DNA from: Alphaproteobacteria bacterium
GTDB lineage: Bacteria > Pseudomonadota > Alphaproteobacteria > UBA6615
DNA length: 64,000 nucleotides
Direction of reading: 5' to 3'
NCBI GenBank assembly: GCA_009691025.1
Contig: SHWB01000001.1
Span: 128,652-192,651, forward strand
Numbering within the stretch: the stretch's first letter is position 1; every line of letters begins with the position of its first letter. A program made the position numbers and the translations under genes. The notes beneath the pieces were generated by a model, which had not been told where the DNA came from, did no database searches, and saw only the letters and a list, made by a program, of their open reading frames with translations. Of the stretch, positions 27,584-37,808 are shown one piece after another.

Positions 27584-28200
27584 TGCGCGGCTCCTTCGGT
27601 GGCGACCGGCTCCAGCAAGCGTGAGACCAGCGCGTCCATCGCCGACCGGTCGACGGCTGCCGCCGGCGCCGGCGCGGCGGCGGCTTCGACGACCTGCGCG
27701 GTCACGGCCGGTGTCGCGACGACGGGCGCGACGGTCATGACCGGGGCAGGGGCCGGTGCGGTGGGCGCCGGTGCGGCGGCCACGCTCAGGACGGCACGGA
27801 CAGGTGCCACCGGCTTGTTGGCCGGGCGGGCCATAGCGACGTTGAACGTGCCCGGGGCGACGGGATTGGTCGCAACTTCGGGAATCTCGCCGCCGGTCGG
27901 TACGACAATCTCCTCGGGCCGCAGAGGCAAGAGGTCGAGCGCCTGTTCGGCGACGAGCTGGTCGGGACGCACCGGCTCTAGCCCGAGATGGCGATGTGTT
28001 AGGTCCTCGATGCGGTCGATGCGCGCGAGGTAGGCCCATTCCGAGTGCAGCATGCGGATCGCTTCGCGGTCGGCCGTGAGGCGGGCATTGGCGCCCGCAA
28101 GGAGCACCTCCAGCGCCTCGACTTCGCGCGAGACGTGGAACACCAGCGCGGCGGCCAGCGCGGCGAGGACAAGGAGGGCGCAGGCGGCCGGGCGGATCAT
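27580..28200 (-). CDS. ftsL: cell division protein FtsL (alphaproteobacterial type, long Ala/Pro-rich tail)
   Basis: It sits between rsmH and ftsI with ATGA overlaps on both sides. One TM helix ([17 protein letters not shown]) is followed by a coiled-coil-like segment. 206 aa. Confidence 0.75.
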   Translation of the reverse strand: MIRPAACALLVLAALAAALVFHVSREVEALEVLLAGANARLTADREAIRMLHSEWAYLARIDRIEDLTHRHLGLEPVRPDQLVAEQALDLLPLRPEEIVVPTGGEIPEVATNPVAPGTFNVAMARPANKPVAPVRAVLSVAAAPAPTAPAPAPVMTVAPVVATPAVTAQVVEAAAAPAPAAAVDRSAMDALVSRLLEPVATEGAAQ

Positions 28201-29168
28201 GCCGCCGCTCCCCAGGCCGGTGCCGCCGTGCGGATCGCGGCGCGCATCCGGGCAGAGCGCGCGCGCGGGTTGGCGGCGGTCTCGGCCGCGCCGGGGCGGA
28301 CGGTGCCGCGGGTGAGCAGGCGGACGCTCGGCGCACGCTCCGCCACGGGCGGCAGATGGCGCGAGGAACCCTCGCCGCCGGCCCGCTCGCGCAGGAAATC
28401 CTTCACCTGCCGGTCCTCCAGCGAGTGGAAGGCGACGACGGCAAGCCGGCCGCCGGGACGCAGCAGCGCCTCGGCCGCGGCGAGGCCACGGCCGAGTTCG
28501 CCCAGCTCGTCGTTCACATGGATGCGCAGCGCCTGGAAGGTGCGGGTGGCGGGATCGGTCGCCGACATGCCTTTCGGGCCGCGCGGGCGGCCGAGCACGC
28601 CACGGACGATGTCGGCGAGTTCGCTGGTCGTGCGCAGCGGCGCGCGCAGGCGGGCGGCGACGATGGCGCGGGCGATGCGGTGCGAAGCGCGCTCCTCGCC
28701 GTAGCGCCACAGGATATCGGCCAGCGTCGCTTCGTCGGCGGTGTTGACGATATCCGCCGCGCTCGGACCGGAGCGCGACATGCGCATGTCGAGCGGACCC
28801 TCGCGGCCGAAGGAGAAGCCGCGCTCGGCCTCGTCGAGCTGCGGCGACGACACGCCGAGGTCGAGAGCCACGGCGTCGACGGCCGCGATGCCGCGGTCGG
28901 CCAGCAGTTCCGCCATGTCGCCGAAGCGGCCCTCGATGACGGTGAGGCGCCCCGGCCAGGCGGCGACCAGTGCGGCGGCGCGGTCGATCACGTCCGGATC
29001 GCGGTCGATGCCCCAGACGGTGCAGCCGGCCGCTTCCAGCAGCGCCCGGGAGTAGCCGCCGGCACCGAAGGTGGCGTCGACCACGATTTCACCGTCGCGC
29101 GGGGCCAGCAGGGAAACCACCTCGGCGACCAGCACCGGGCGATGGGCGCCGTGAGCGTACGCCGTCAT
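28197..29168 (-). CDS. rsmH: 16S rRNA (cytosine1402-N4)-methyltransferase
   Basis: 323-aa ORF with motifs [23 protein letters not shown] and [11 protein letters not shown]. Confidence 0.96.
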   Translation of the reverse strand: MTAYAHGAHRPVLVAEVVSLLAPRDGEIVVDATFGAGGYSRALLEAAGCTVWGIDRDPDVIDRAAALVAAWPGRLTVIEGRFGDMAELLADRGIAAVDAVALDLGVSSPQLDEAERGFSFGREGPLDMRMSRSGPSAADIVNTADEATLADILWRYGEERASHRIARAIVAARLRAPLRTTSELADIVRGVLGRPRGPKGMSATDPATRTFQALRIHVNDELGELGRGLAAAEALLRPGGRLAVVAFHSLEDRQVKDFLRERAGGEGSSRHLPPVAERAPSVRLLTRGTVRPGAAETAANPRARSARMRAAIRTAAPAWGAAA

Positions 29169-29638
29169 CGCGGCTCCCCGCTGCCGCCGGAGCGGCCCGG
29201 AAGCGTCACCTTGTTCTCGGCGAGGTAGCGCAGGGCGGCGGCGCTCTCGCCGGCAAAGGCGTCCGGTTCCCAGATTTCGAAGGTCTGGCCGCGCCCGACG
29301 AAGCTGGCGCTGTCGCCGAGGCCGGCGAAGGCCATCAGCTCGTCGGGCAGCGTGATGCGGCCCTCTGGGTCGAAGGCGAGTTGCTGGGCGCTGCCGAAGA
29401 AGGCCGCGGTGAAGGCGTCGTTCTGGGCCGAGAACAGGTCATAGGCGTCGATGCGCGCCGCCAGTTCCTCGAGCCAGTCGATGCCGGCGCAGAGCAGGGC
29501 CGGGCGGTTGAAATGTGGAATGGCTACGATGCCGGGGAAGGACAGGCCGACGACGGCGGCGCGGAACGGCGCCGGGACCGAAACCCGGCTCTTCCGGTCG
29601 ATCTTGTTCACCACCTTGCCTGTGAACAGCCTCGCCAT
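29165..29638 (-). CDS. mraZ: division/cell wall cluster transcriptional regulator MraZ
   Basis: Start at [22 protein letters not shown] (29638). It has two MraZ/SpoVT-AbrB half-domains (the second is [12 protein letters not shown]). 157 aa. The stop overlaps the rsmH ATG. Confidence 0.92.
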   Translation of the reverse strand: MARLFTGKVVNKIDRKSRVSVPAPFRAAVVGLSFPGIVAIPHFNRPALLCAGIDWLEELAARIDAYDLFSAQNDAFTAAFFGSAQQLAFDPEGRITLPDELMAFAGLGDSASFVGRGQTFEIWEPDAFAGESAAALRYLAENKVTLPGRSGGSGEPR

Positions 29639-29710
29639 TGCCGGTGCTTGTCCGTCCCTGCCGCCCGCAGTCGGCGCTGCACGGCCGCCCCAAGCCGCGC
29701 CAATCCCAAA

Positions 29711-29754
29711 TATGGGCAAACATGGGATAGCATGGGTTTTTATGGTCCGTCAAT
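29711..29754 (-). promoter_or_regulatory. candidate mraZ/dcw promoter-operator: phased ATGGG repeats next to a TTGACG -35-like hexamer
   Basis: ATGGG occurs at 29712, 29722 and 29732, and ATGG at 29742, an exact 10-nt period. The repeats lie 74-108 nt upstream of the mraZ ATG. On the minus strand TTGACG (29753-29748) sits immediately upstream of them. Confidence 0.5.
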
Positions 29755-29960
29755 TGATCGGCAAGTAAAATTATGTGGACGTTCAAGGCATTTTGGGCAG
29801 GCCTTCCATGCCAGCAAAAGATCCGCGTGGCGTGATCGCGCCATCCATTTGGCGATCCAGACCTTATCCTCGGCATGCAGCGCGGCGAAACTATGTTCCT
29901 GTAATGTTCATGCCAGGGCACGCTGAAAAGGGCCGGCGCCGATCGCCGCCCTGTTGGCCG

Positions 29961-29983
29961 AAAACGCCCGCCGGTGCCGGCGG
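29961..29983 (-). terminator. candidate rho-independent terminator between rnpB and the mraZ promoter
   Basis: The minus strand reads CCGCCGG-CA-CCGGCGG followed by GCGTTTT. It lies about 95 nt downstream of the rnpB P1 3' strand. Confidence 0.45.
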
Positions 29984-30071
29984 TTCGGAGATTAATGGAA
30001 TGAAATAAGTATTTTACGGCCCGTCGCCGTAGCAAGGGCAGACACAGTCCGCGACGTGCGCTCATCCGAAG

Positions 30072-30471
30072 CCGGCGGGCCAGACGGTCTGTAAGCCGGG
30101 TTCTGTTGTCAGGCCCGAAGGCCCGACGGATGGCCATTCCTCTGGGACGCCCGTTGCCGGACGCCTCGCGCGACCCACCCGGACGACGGCGCGGAAGCGC
30201 GCCATGCGCCGTCCCTATTCGGTCTTGCTCCCGGTGGGGTTTGCCGTGCCGGTCCCGTCGCCGGGCCCGCGGTGGGCTCTTACCCCACCCTTTCACCCTT
30301 ACCCGCCGTCGCCCTAGGGCGTTGGAGGGCGGTTTGCTTTCTGTGGCACTTTCCCTGGGGTCGCCCCCGCCGGCCGTTAGCCGGCACCGTGCTTCCGTGG
30401 AGCCCGGACTTTCCTCGCACGGACGGGTTTCCCCATTGTCCGCGCGCGGCCATCCGACCGTCTGGCCCGAT
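30072..30471 (-). ncRNA. rnpB: RNase P RNA, bacterial type A
   Basis: The reverse complement contains the universal blocks GAGGAAAGTCCGGGCTCCA, GGTAAGGGTGAAAGGGTGGGGTAAGAGCCCACCGC and ACAGAACCCGGCTTA. The P1 helix closes with GGGCCAGACGGTC (30468-30456 on the minus strand) against GACCGTCTGGCCC (30089-30077). Ends are accurate to about 5 nt. Confidence 0.93.
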
Positions 30472-30477
30472 CCCGTA

Positions 30478-31175
30478 TTAAGTATCCGCCGCGTCCGCCG
30501 CAACCCACCCCAGCAGGGCGGCCAGCCGCGCCCGGGTCTGCCGGTCGGCGACGCCATCGACCTGTGCCGGCCGGAAATGTCGCTGGAAGGAGGCCACCAG
30601 GACTTCGGGAGGCACGCCGTCGAGGCCATAGCCCCAGCGCGCCAGCGCCGGCAGCACGGCGTCGGCGGCGACGGGGATGGCGCCGTCGTCCGGCCACGCT
30701 CCGATGCCGGCGGCGGCGAGGCGGGCCCAGGGAAAGCGCTCGCCGGGGTCGAGCTTGCGCGTCGGTGCGATGTCGGAATGGGCCACGACGTTGCGCGGCG
30801 GGATTGGATGACGGGCGAGAATGCCGCCGCACAGCTCGACGAGGGCGGCGATCTGCGGCGCGGCGAAGTCGCGGTAGCCCCAGTCGTGGCCCGGATTGGC
30901 CAGTTCGATGCCGATCGAGCGCGAATTGACGTCGACCGCGCCGCGCCAGGTTGCCACGCCGGCATGCCAGGCGCGGCGGTACTCGTCGACCAGGCGGTAG
31001 ACGGTGCCAGCCTCGTCGATCAACCAGTGCGCCGAGACCTGGGCGGCCGGCGCGCACAGCAGATCGAGGGCCGCTTCGGCGCTGGTCATGCCGGTATAGT
31101 GAAGCACCAGCATGTCAACCGGCCCGCCGCCACGGCGTTCGCCATGATTGGGCGAGGGGCGGTCGACGATGCGGG

Positions 31176-31179
<4 letters not shown>
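30478..31179 (-). CDS. N-acetylmuramoyl-L-alanine amidase (AmpD-like amidase_2) with a C-terminal peptidoglycan-binding-like repeat
   Basis: GTG start at 31179 (GTGA overlap with the upstream stop). Amidase_2 motifs are present (MLVLHYTGM, AWHAG, VVAHSDIAPTRKLDPG). The C-terminus reads LARWGYGLDG...QVDGVADRQTRARL. Confidence 0.8.
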
Positions 31180-32999
<1,820 letters not shown>

Positions 33000-33001
33000 G
33001 G

Positions 33002-33769
33002 TCAGGCGATCCCGCGTTGCCTGGCGACTTGGTCCCAGGCCGCGTTGATGGCCTTCAGCTTGTCCTCCGCCACGGCGACGAATTCCTGCGGCAGGCCCTG
33101 GGCGATCAGCCGGTCGGGATGGTGCTCGCGCACCAGCTTGCGCCAGGCGGCCTTTACCTCGTCGTCGCCGGCATCCTGCGCCACGCCGAGGATGGTATAG
33201 GGGTCGGCCCGGTCGGAGCCGAGGTGGCGGGCGCGAATGCGCGCGAACTCGGCCGTGGAAAAGCCGAAAATATGCGCCACTTCGGCGATGTAGGCGGCCT
33301 CCTCCTCGCTGACTTTGCCGTCGGACCAGGCGATGTGGAACAGGCAGTCGAGCAATTCCTCCAGCAGCGCCGGGCGGCCCTCGAACATGCCGGCGATCTG
33401 GTGGGCATAGGACTGGTAGCCGTGGATCGACCGGCGCGCCAGGTTGAACACCCGCGCGACGTTATTCTCTTCATCCGGCGGCACATGGAAGGCGCGGCGA
33501 AAGGCGCGGATCTCCTGTTCCGTGACCACGCCGTCGGCCTTGGCCAGCTTGGCGCCCAGCGCAATGACGGCGATGGTGAAGCCGACTTGGCTCTCGGCGT
33601 CGGCGCGGGCCATGGTGTCGGCCTCGGCGCCGTCGGGCAGCGCCTCGTCGCCCGCCTCGCCGCGGTAGGAATCGTAGAGATGGCCGGCGAATCCGCCGAC
33701 CAGCGCGCCGAGTGGCCCGCCGAACGCGAACCCCGCCGCGCCGCCGATGATCTTGCCCCAGATGCTCAT
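33002..33769 (-). CDS. djlA: co-chaperone DjlA (TM helix + TerB-like domain + C-terminal J domain)
   Basis: It has an N-terminal Gly-rich TM segment ([23 protein letters not shown]) and a C-terminal J domain (DPYTILGV...HHPDRL). Confidence 0.85.
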   Translation of the reverse strand: MSIWGKIIGGAAGFAFGGPLGALVGGFAGHLYDSYRGEAGDEALPDGAEADTMARADAESQVGFTIAVIALGAKLAKADGVVTEQEIRAFRRAFHVPPDEENNVARVFNLARRSIHGYQSYAHQIAGMFEGRPALLEELLDCLFHIAWSDGKVSEEEAAYIAEVAHIFGFSTAEFARIRARHLGSDRADPYTILGVAQDAGDDEVKAAWRKLVREHHPDRLIAQGLPQEFVAVAEDKLKAINAAWDQVARQRGIA

Positions 33770-33817
33770 GATTTCCGTCCGGGGTGCTTCTTATCGGCGC
33801 GGCACGGGCGCGTCTAC

Positions 33818-33906
33818 CGTTACGCCCGGCGGCGGCCCCCGGGCCGCGCGACGGTGGGCCCTGCGGGTTGCCAGCCCGGCCGGGATCGGTTACGCCCGGT
33901 GGCGGC
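33818..33906. repeat. direct repeat GTTACGCCCGG(C/T)GGCGGC, two copies 70 nt apart, in the djlA/oxoprolinase divergent region
   Basis: Copy 1 is at 33818-33836 and copy 2 at 33888-33906. 17 of 19 positions are identical, including an 11-mer and a 6-mer. Copy 2 ends 10 nt before the oxoprolinase ATG. Confidence 0.55.
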
Positions 33907-33916
33907 AGCGAGGACG

Positions 33917-36900
33917 ATGACGATGCCCGACGACAGGTGGCAGTTCTGGATCGATCGCGGCGGCACCTTCACCGATGTGGTCGGACGCCGGCCGGACGGC
34001 ACGCTCGTCACCCACAAGCTGCTCTCAGACAATCCCGAGCATTACCGCGACGCGGCCGTCCAGGGCATCCGCGACATCCTCGGACTCGCCCCGGGCGCCG
34101 CCATCCCGTCTGACCGTATCGCAGCCGTGAAGATGGGCACCACCGTCGCCACCAACGCGCTGCTCGAGCGCAAGGGCGAACGCACGCTGCTTGCTATCAC
34201 GCGCGGCTTCCGCGATGCCCTGCGCATCGGCTACCAGGCGCGCCCGCGCCTGTTCGACCGCCATATCGTGTTGCCCGATATGCTCTACGAGAGAGTCGTC
34301 GAGATCGACGAGCGCGTCGACGTGGCCGGCGAGGTGCTGCTGCCGTTCGATGCCGCGGCGGCCAGCCGCAGCCTCGGGGAGGCGTATGCGTCCGGCATCC
34401 GCTCGGTCGCCATCGTCTTCATGCATGCCTACCGCTATCCCCGGCACGAAATCGCCTGCGCTGCGATCGCGCGCGAGATCGGCTTCACGCAGATCTCGCT
34501 CTCGCATGTGGCGAGCCCGCTGATCAAGCTGGTCGGGCGCGGCGACACCACCGTGGTCGACGCCTATCTGTCGCCGATCCTGCGACGCTATGTCGACCAG
34601 GTAGCCGGAGAACTCGGAAACGTAAACCTCCAGTTCATGCAGTCGAATGGCGGCCTCACCGACGCGCGCCTGTTCCAGGGCAAGGACGCGATTCTCTCCG
34701 GCCCCGCGGGCGGCATCGTCGGCGCCGCCGAGACGGCGAAGAGGGCCGGATTCGACCGCATCATAGGCTTCGACATGGGTGGCACCTCGACCGACGTGGC
34801 CCATTTCGCCGGCACCTACGAGCGCGATTTTGAGACGCATGTCGCCGGCGTGCGCATGCGCGCGCCGATGATGCTGATCCACACGGTTGCCGCCGGTGGC
34901 GGCTCGATCTGCCATTTCGACGGCGGCCGCTACCGCGTCGGCCCGGACAGCGCCGGCGCCAATCCCGGCCCCGCCAGCTACGGGCGCGGCGGGGCACTGA
35001 CCGTGACCGACTGCAACGTCATGCTGGGCAAGCTGCTGCCGGCGCACTTCCCGGCGATGTTCGGGCCCGGACAGGACCGGCCACTTAATGCCGCGGTGGT
35101 ACGCGAGCGGTTCGAAGCGATGCGCGCTGATATCCGCGCCGCCACCGGCAACGACCGCCCGGCGCACGAGGTAGCCTACGGCTTCCTGCGCATCGCCGTC
35201 GAGAACATGGCCAACGCCATCAAGAAGATTTCCGTGGAGCGCGGCTACGACGTGACGCGCTACACGCTGGCCTGCTTCGGCGGTGCCGGCGGCCAGCATG
35301 CGTGTCTCGTCGCCGACGCGCTGGGCATGACCCGCGTGTTCATCCACCCGCTGGCCGGAGTGCTGTCGGCCTACGGCATGGGCATCGCCGATGTGCGCGC
35401 GATGCGCGAGCAATCGGCCGAGCTCCCGCTGGAGGCCGACACCATGGCCGAGATTACGGATACGCTCGATCGCCTGGTCGCCGAGGCGATGGGCGAGCTG
35501 GCTCGGCAGGGCTTCGACGCGACGCAGGTCGACCTGATGCGCCGCCTGCATCTCAAATATGCCGGCACCGACACGGCCCTGGAGGTCGACTGGGATGCGG
35601 CCGAGGCGATGGCGGCCTCCTTCGCCGCGCTGCATCGCCAGCGCTGGGGATTCGTCATGGAAGGCCGCGACCTCGTCGTCGCCACCTGCGCGGTCGAGGC
35701 GGTCGGCCATGGCGAGGGTGCGCAGGGCGAGGCCGGGCTCGCCGCGCCCGCCACCGGATCGGCGGCGCCGATTGACACGGTCGAGGCCTGGATGGACGGC
35801 GCCTTCCGCACGACGCCGGTGCACGACCGCGCGACTCTGCCGGCCGGCGCCGCCATCGCCGGGCCGGCGGTTATCCGCGAAACCGGTGCCACCACCGTCG
35901 TCGAGCCGGGCTGGCGCGCCACCCTGGCACCGGCCGGGCATTTCGTTCTGGAGCGCGCGGTGCCGCTGCCGCGCCGCCACGCGGTCGGTACCGACAGCGA
36001 CCCGGTGATGCTCGAAGTGTTCAACAATCTCTACATGGCGATCGCCGAGCAGATGGGAGTGACCCTGCAGAACACGTCATATTCGGTGAACATCAAGGAG
36101 CGTCTCGACTTCTCCTGCGCCATTTTCGATGCCGGCGGCGGCCTCATCGCTAACGCGCCGCACATGCCCGTCCATCTCGGCTCGATGAGCGAGAGCGTCC
36201 ACGCCGTGCTGCGCGACAATGCCGGGAGCATCCGGCCAGGCGACGTGTTCGTGCTCAACGCGCCCTACAATGGCGGCACGCATCTGCCCGACGTGACCGT
36301 CATCACGCCGGCCTTCGACAATGCCGGGCACGAGCTTCTCTTCTTTACCGGATCGCGCGGCCACCATGCCGATATCGGCGGCCTCACCCCCGGCTCGATG
36401 CCGGCGAACAGCCGCGTGGTCGAGGAAGAGGGCGTGCTGATCGACAATTTCAAGCTGGTCGAGGACGGCCGCTTCCGCGAGGTGGAATTTCTCGATCTGC
36501 TGCGGTCGGGTGCCTATCCCTCGCGCAACCCCTCGCAGAATCTCGCCGATCTGCGTGCCCAGGTCGCCGCCAACGAGAAGGGCGTGCAGGAATTGCGACG
36601 GATGGTCGGCGAGTTCGGCCTCGATGTTGTCCAGGCCTATATGCGCCATGTGCAGGACAACGCCGCCGAGCAGGTGCGCCGCGTCATCGACGTGTTGAAG
36701 GACGGGACGTTCGAACTGGCGCTCGACGAGGGCGGCATCATACGAGTGAAGATATCGATTGACCGCGCGGCGCGCATGGCGTCGGTCGACTTCACCGGCA
36801 CCAGCCCGCAGCGGCCGAACAACTTCAACGCCCCGACGGCGGTGTGCCGGGCGGCCGTGCTTTACGTCTTCCGTTGCCTCGTCGATGACGACATCCCGAT

Positions 36901-37558
36901 GAACGAGGGCTGCCTGCGGCCGATCCGCATCGTCGTGCCTGCCGGTTCCATGCTGGCGCCGCAATATCCGGCCGCCGTCGTAGCCGGCAATGTCGAAACC
37001 TCGCAGGCCGTCACGGACGCCCTGTTCGGCGCACTGGGCGCCATGGCGGCGGCGCAGGGCACGATGAACAACGTCACCTTCGGCAATGCACGCTACCAGT
37101 ACTACGAGACGGTGTGTGGCGGTTCCGGCGCCGGGCCGGGCTTCGACGGCACCTCGGCCGTCCACACCCACATGACCAATTCCCGCCTCACCGACCCCGA
37201 GGTGCTGGAACTGCGCTTCCCGGTGATCCTCGAATCGTTCGAGATCCGGCGCGGCTCGGGCGGGCGCGGGCGGTGGAACGGCGGCGACGGCACGCGCCGC
37301 CGCCTGCGCTTCCGCGAGGCGATGGAGGTGGTGATCCTGTCCAACCACCGTCTCCACGCGCCCTACGGCATGGCGGGAGGCCAGCCAGGAGAAAAGGGGC
37401 GCAACTGGATCGAGCGGGCCGACGGATCGGTCGACTCGATGACGGGTATCGACCGCCGCGACATCCGTCCGGGCGACGTTTTTGTGCTGGAGACGCCGTC
37501 GGGCGGCGGCTGGGGGCCGCCCGCCGAGCGGCGGGAAAAGCCTCTTGCCGCGCAATAG
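33917..37558 (+). CDS. 5-oxoprolinase-type fused hydantoinase A/B (ATP-hydrolysing)
   Basis: Start at [22 protein letters not shown] (33917). An N-terminal HyuA-like half is joined to a C-terminal HyuB-like half in one 1213-aa chain, the eukaryotic OXP1-like architecture. Confidence 0.85.
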   Translation: MTMPDDRWQFWIDRGGTFTDVVGRRPDGTLVTHKLLSDNPEHYRDAAVQGIRDILGLAPGAAIPSDRIAAVKMGTTVATNALLERKGERTLLAITRGFRDALRIGYQARPRLFDRHIVLPDMLYERVVEIDERVDVAGEVLLPFDAAAASRSLGEAYASGIRSVAIVFMHAYRYPRHEIACAAIAREIGFTQISLSHVASPLIKLVGRGDTTVVDAYLSPILRRYVDQVAGELGNVNLQFMQSNGGLTDARLFQGKDAILSGPAGGIVGAAETAKRAGFDRIIGFDMGGTSTDVAHFAGTYERDFETHVAGVRMRAPMMLIHTVAAGGGSICHFDGGRYRVGPDSAGANPGPASYGRGGALTVTDCNVMLGKLLPAHFPAMFGPGQDRPLNAAVVRERFEAMRADIRAATGNDRPAHEVAYGFLRIAVENMANAIKKISVERGYDVTRYTLACFGGAGGQHACLVADALGMTRVFIHPLAGVLSAYGMGIADVRAMREQSAELPLEADTMAEITDTLDRLVAEAMGELARQGFDATQVDLMRRLHLKYAGTDTALEVDWDAAEAMAASFAALHRQRWGFVMEGRDLVVATCAVEAVGHGEGAQGEAGLAAPATGSAAPIDTVEAWMDGAFRTTPVHDRATLPAGAAIAGPAVIRETGATTVVEPGWRATLAPAGHFVLERAVPLPRRHAVGTDSDPVMLEVFNNLYMAIAEQMGVTLQNTSYSVNIKERLDFSCAIFDAGGGLIANAPHMPVHLGSMSESVHAVLRDNAGSIRPGDVFVLNAPYNGGTHLPDVTVITPAFDNAGHELLFFTGSRGHHADIGGLTPGSMPANSRVVEEEGVLIDNFKLVEDGRFREVEFLDLLRSGAYPSRNPSQNLADLRAQVAANEKGVQELRRMVGEFGLDVVQAYMRHVQDNAAEQVRRVIDVLKDGTFELALDEGGIIRVKISIDRAARMASVDFTGTSPQRPNNFNAPTAVCRAAVLYVFRCLVDDDIPMNEGCLRPIRIVVPAGSMLAPQYPAAVVAGNVETSQAVTDALFGALGAMAAAQGTMNNVTFGNARYQYYETVCGGSGAGPGFDGTSAVHTHMTNSRLTDPEVLELRFPVILESFEIRRGSGGRGRWNGGDGTRRRLRFREAMEVVILSNHRLHAPYGMAGGQPGEKGRNWIERADGSVDSMTGIDRRDIRPGDVFVLETPSGGGWGPPAERREKPLAAQ

Positions 37559-37602
37559 GGACGACTATCCCCGCTTTAATCCCGTTTGCTGGCAAATTTC
37601 CC

Positions 37603-37630
37603 TTGCATCGCGCCTCACTTGCCATATGTA
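37603..37630 (+). promoter_or_regulatory. candidate sigma70-type promoter for the MTase/ATP-grasp - ppk2 pair
   Basis: TTGCAT (37603-37608), 16-nt spacer, TATGTA (37625-37630), in a lower-GC patch about 180 nt upstream of ATG 37809. This is a sequence match only. Confidence 0.3.
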
Positions 37631-37808
37631 GCGAAACGCTCCGCAACGGTCACCCGACGGGCTCGCAACGACGAGCCGACGGCCCGCCATGGAGGGCGTG
37701 GCGCGTCACGCTACGGGCATGGGGTTCGACCACCGCCGCGTCTTCGGTTCAGGGCTTACGGACATTGTCGCTGCCGCCCCGGGACGCGCGGCACGGCCGG
37801 GAGTTGAC

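Noticed and set aside
29775-30008. 77-aa ORF in the rnpB-mraZ spacer as a small protein gene
   Set aside because: It has no RBS and an atypical composition. It lies in the AT-rich promoter/terminator region and overlaps the predicted minus-strand terminator. It is more likely non-coding.
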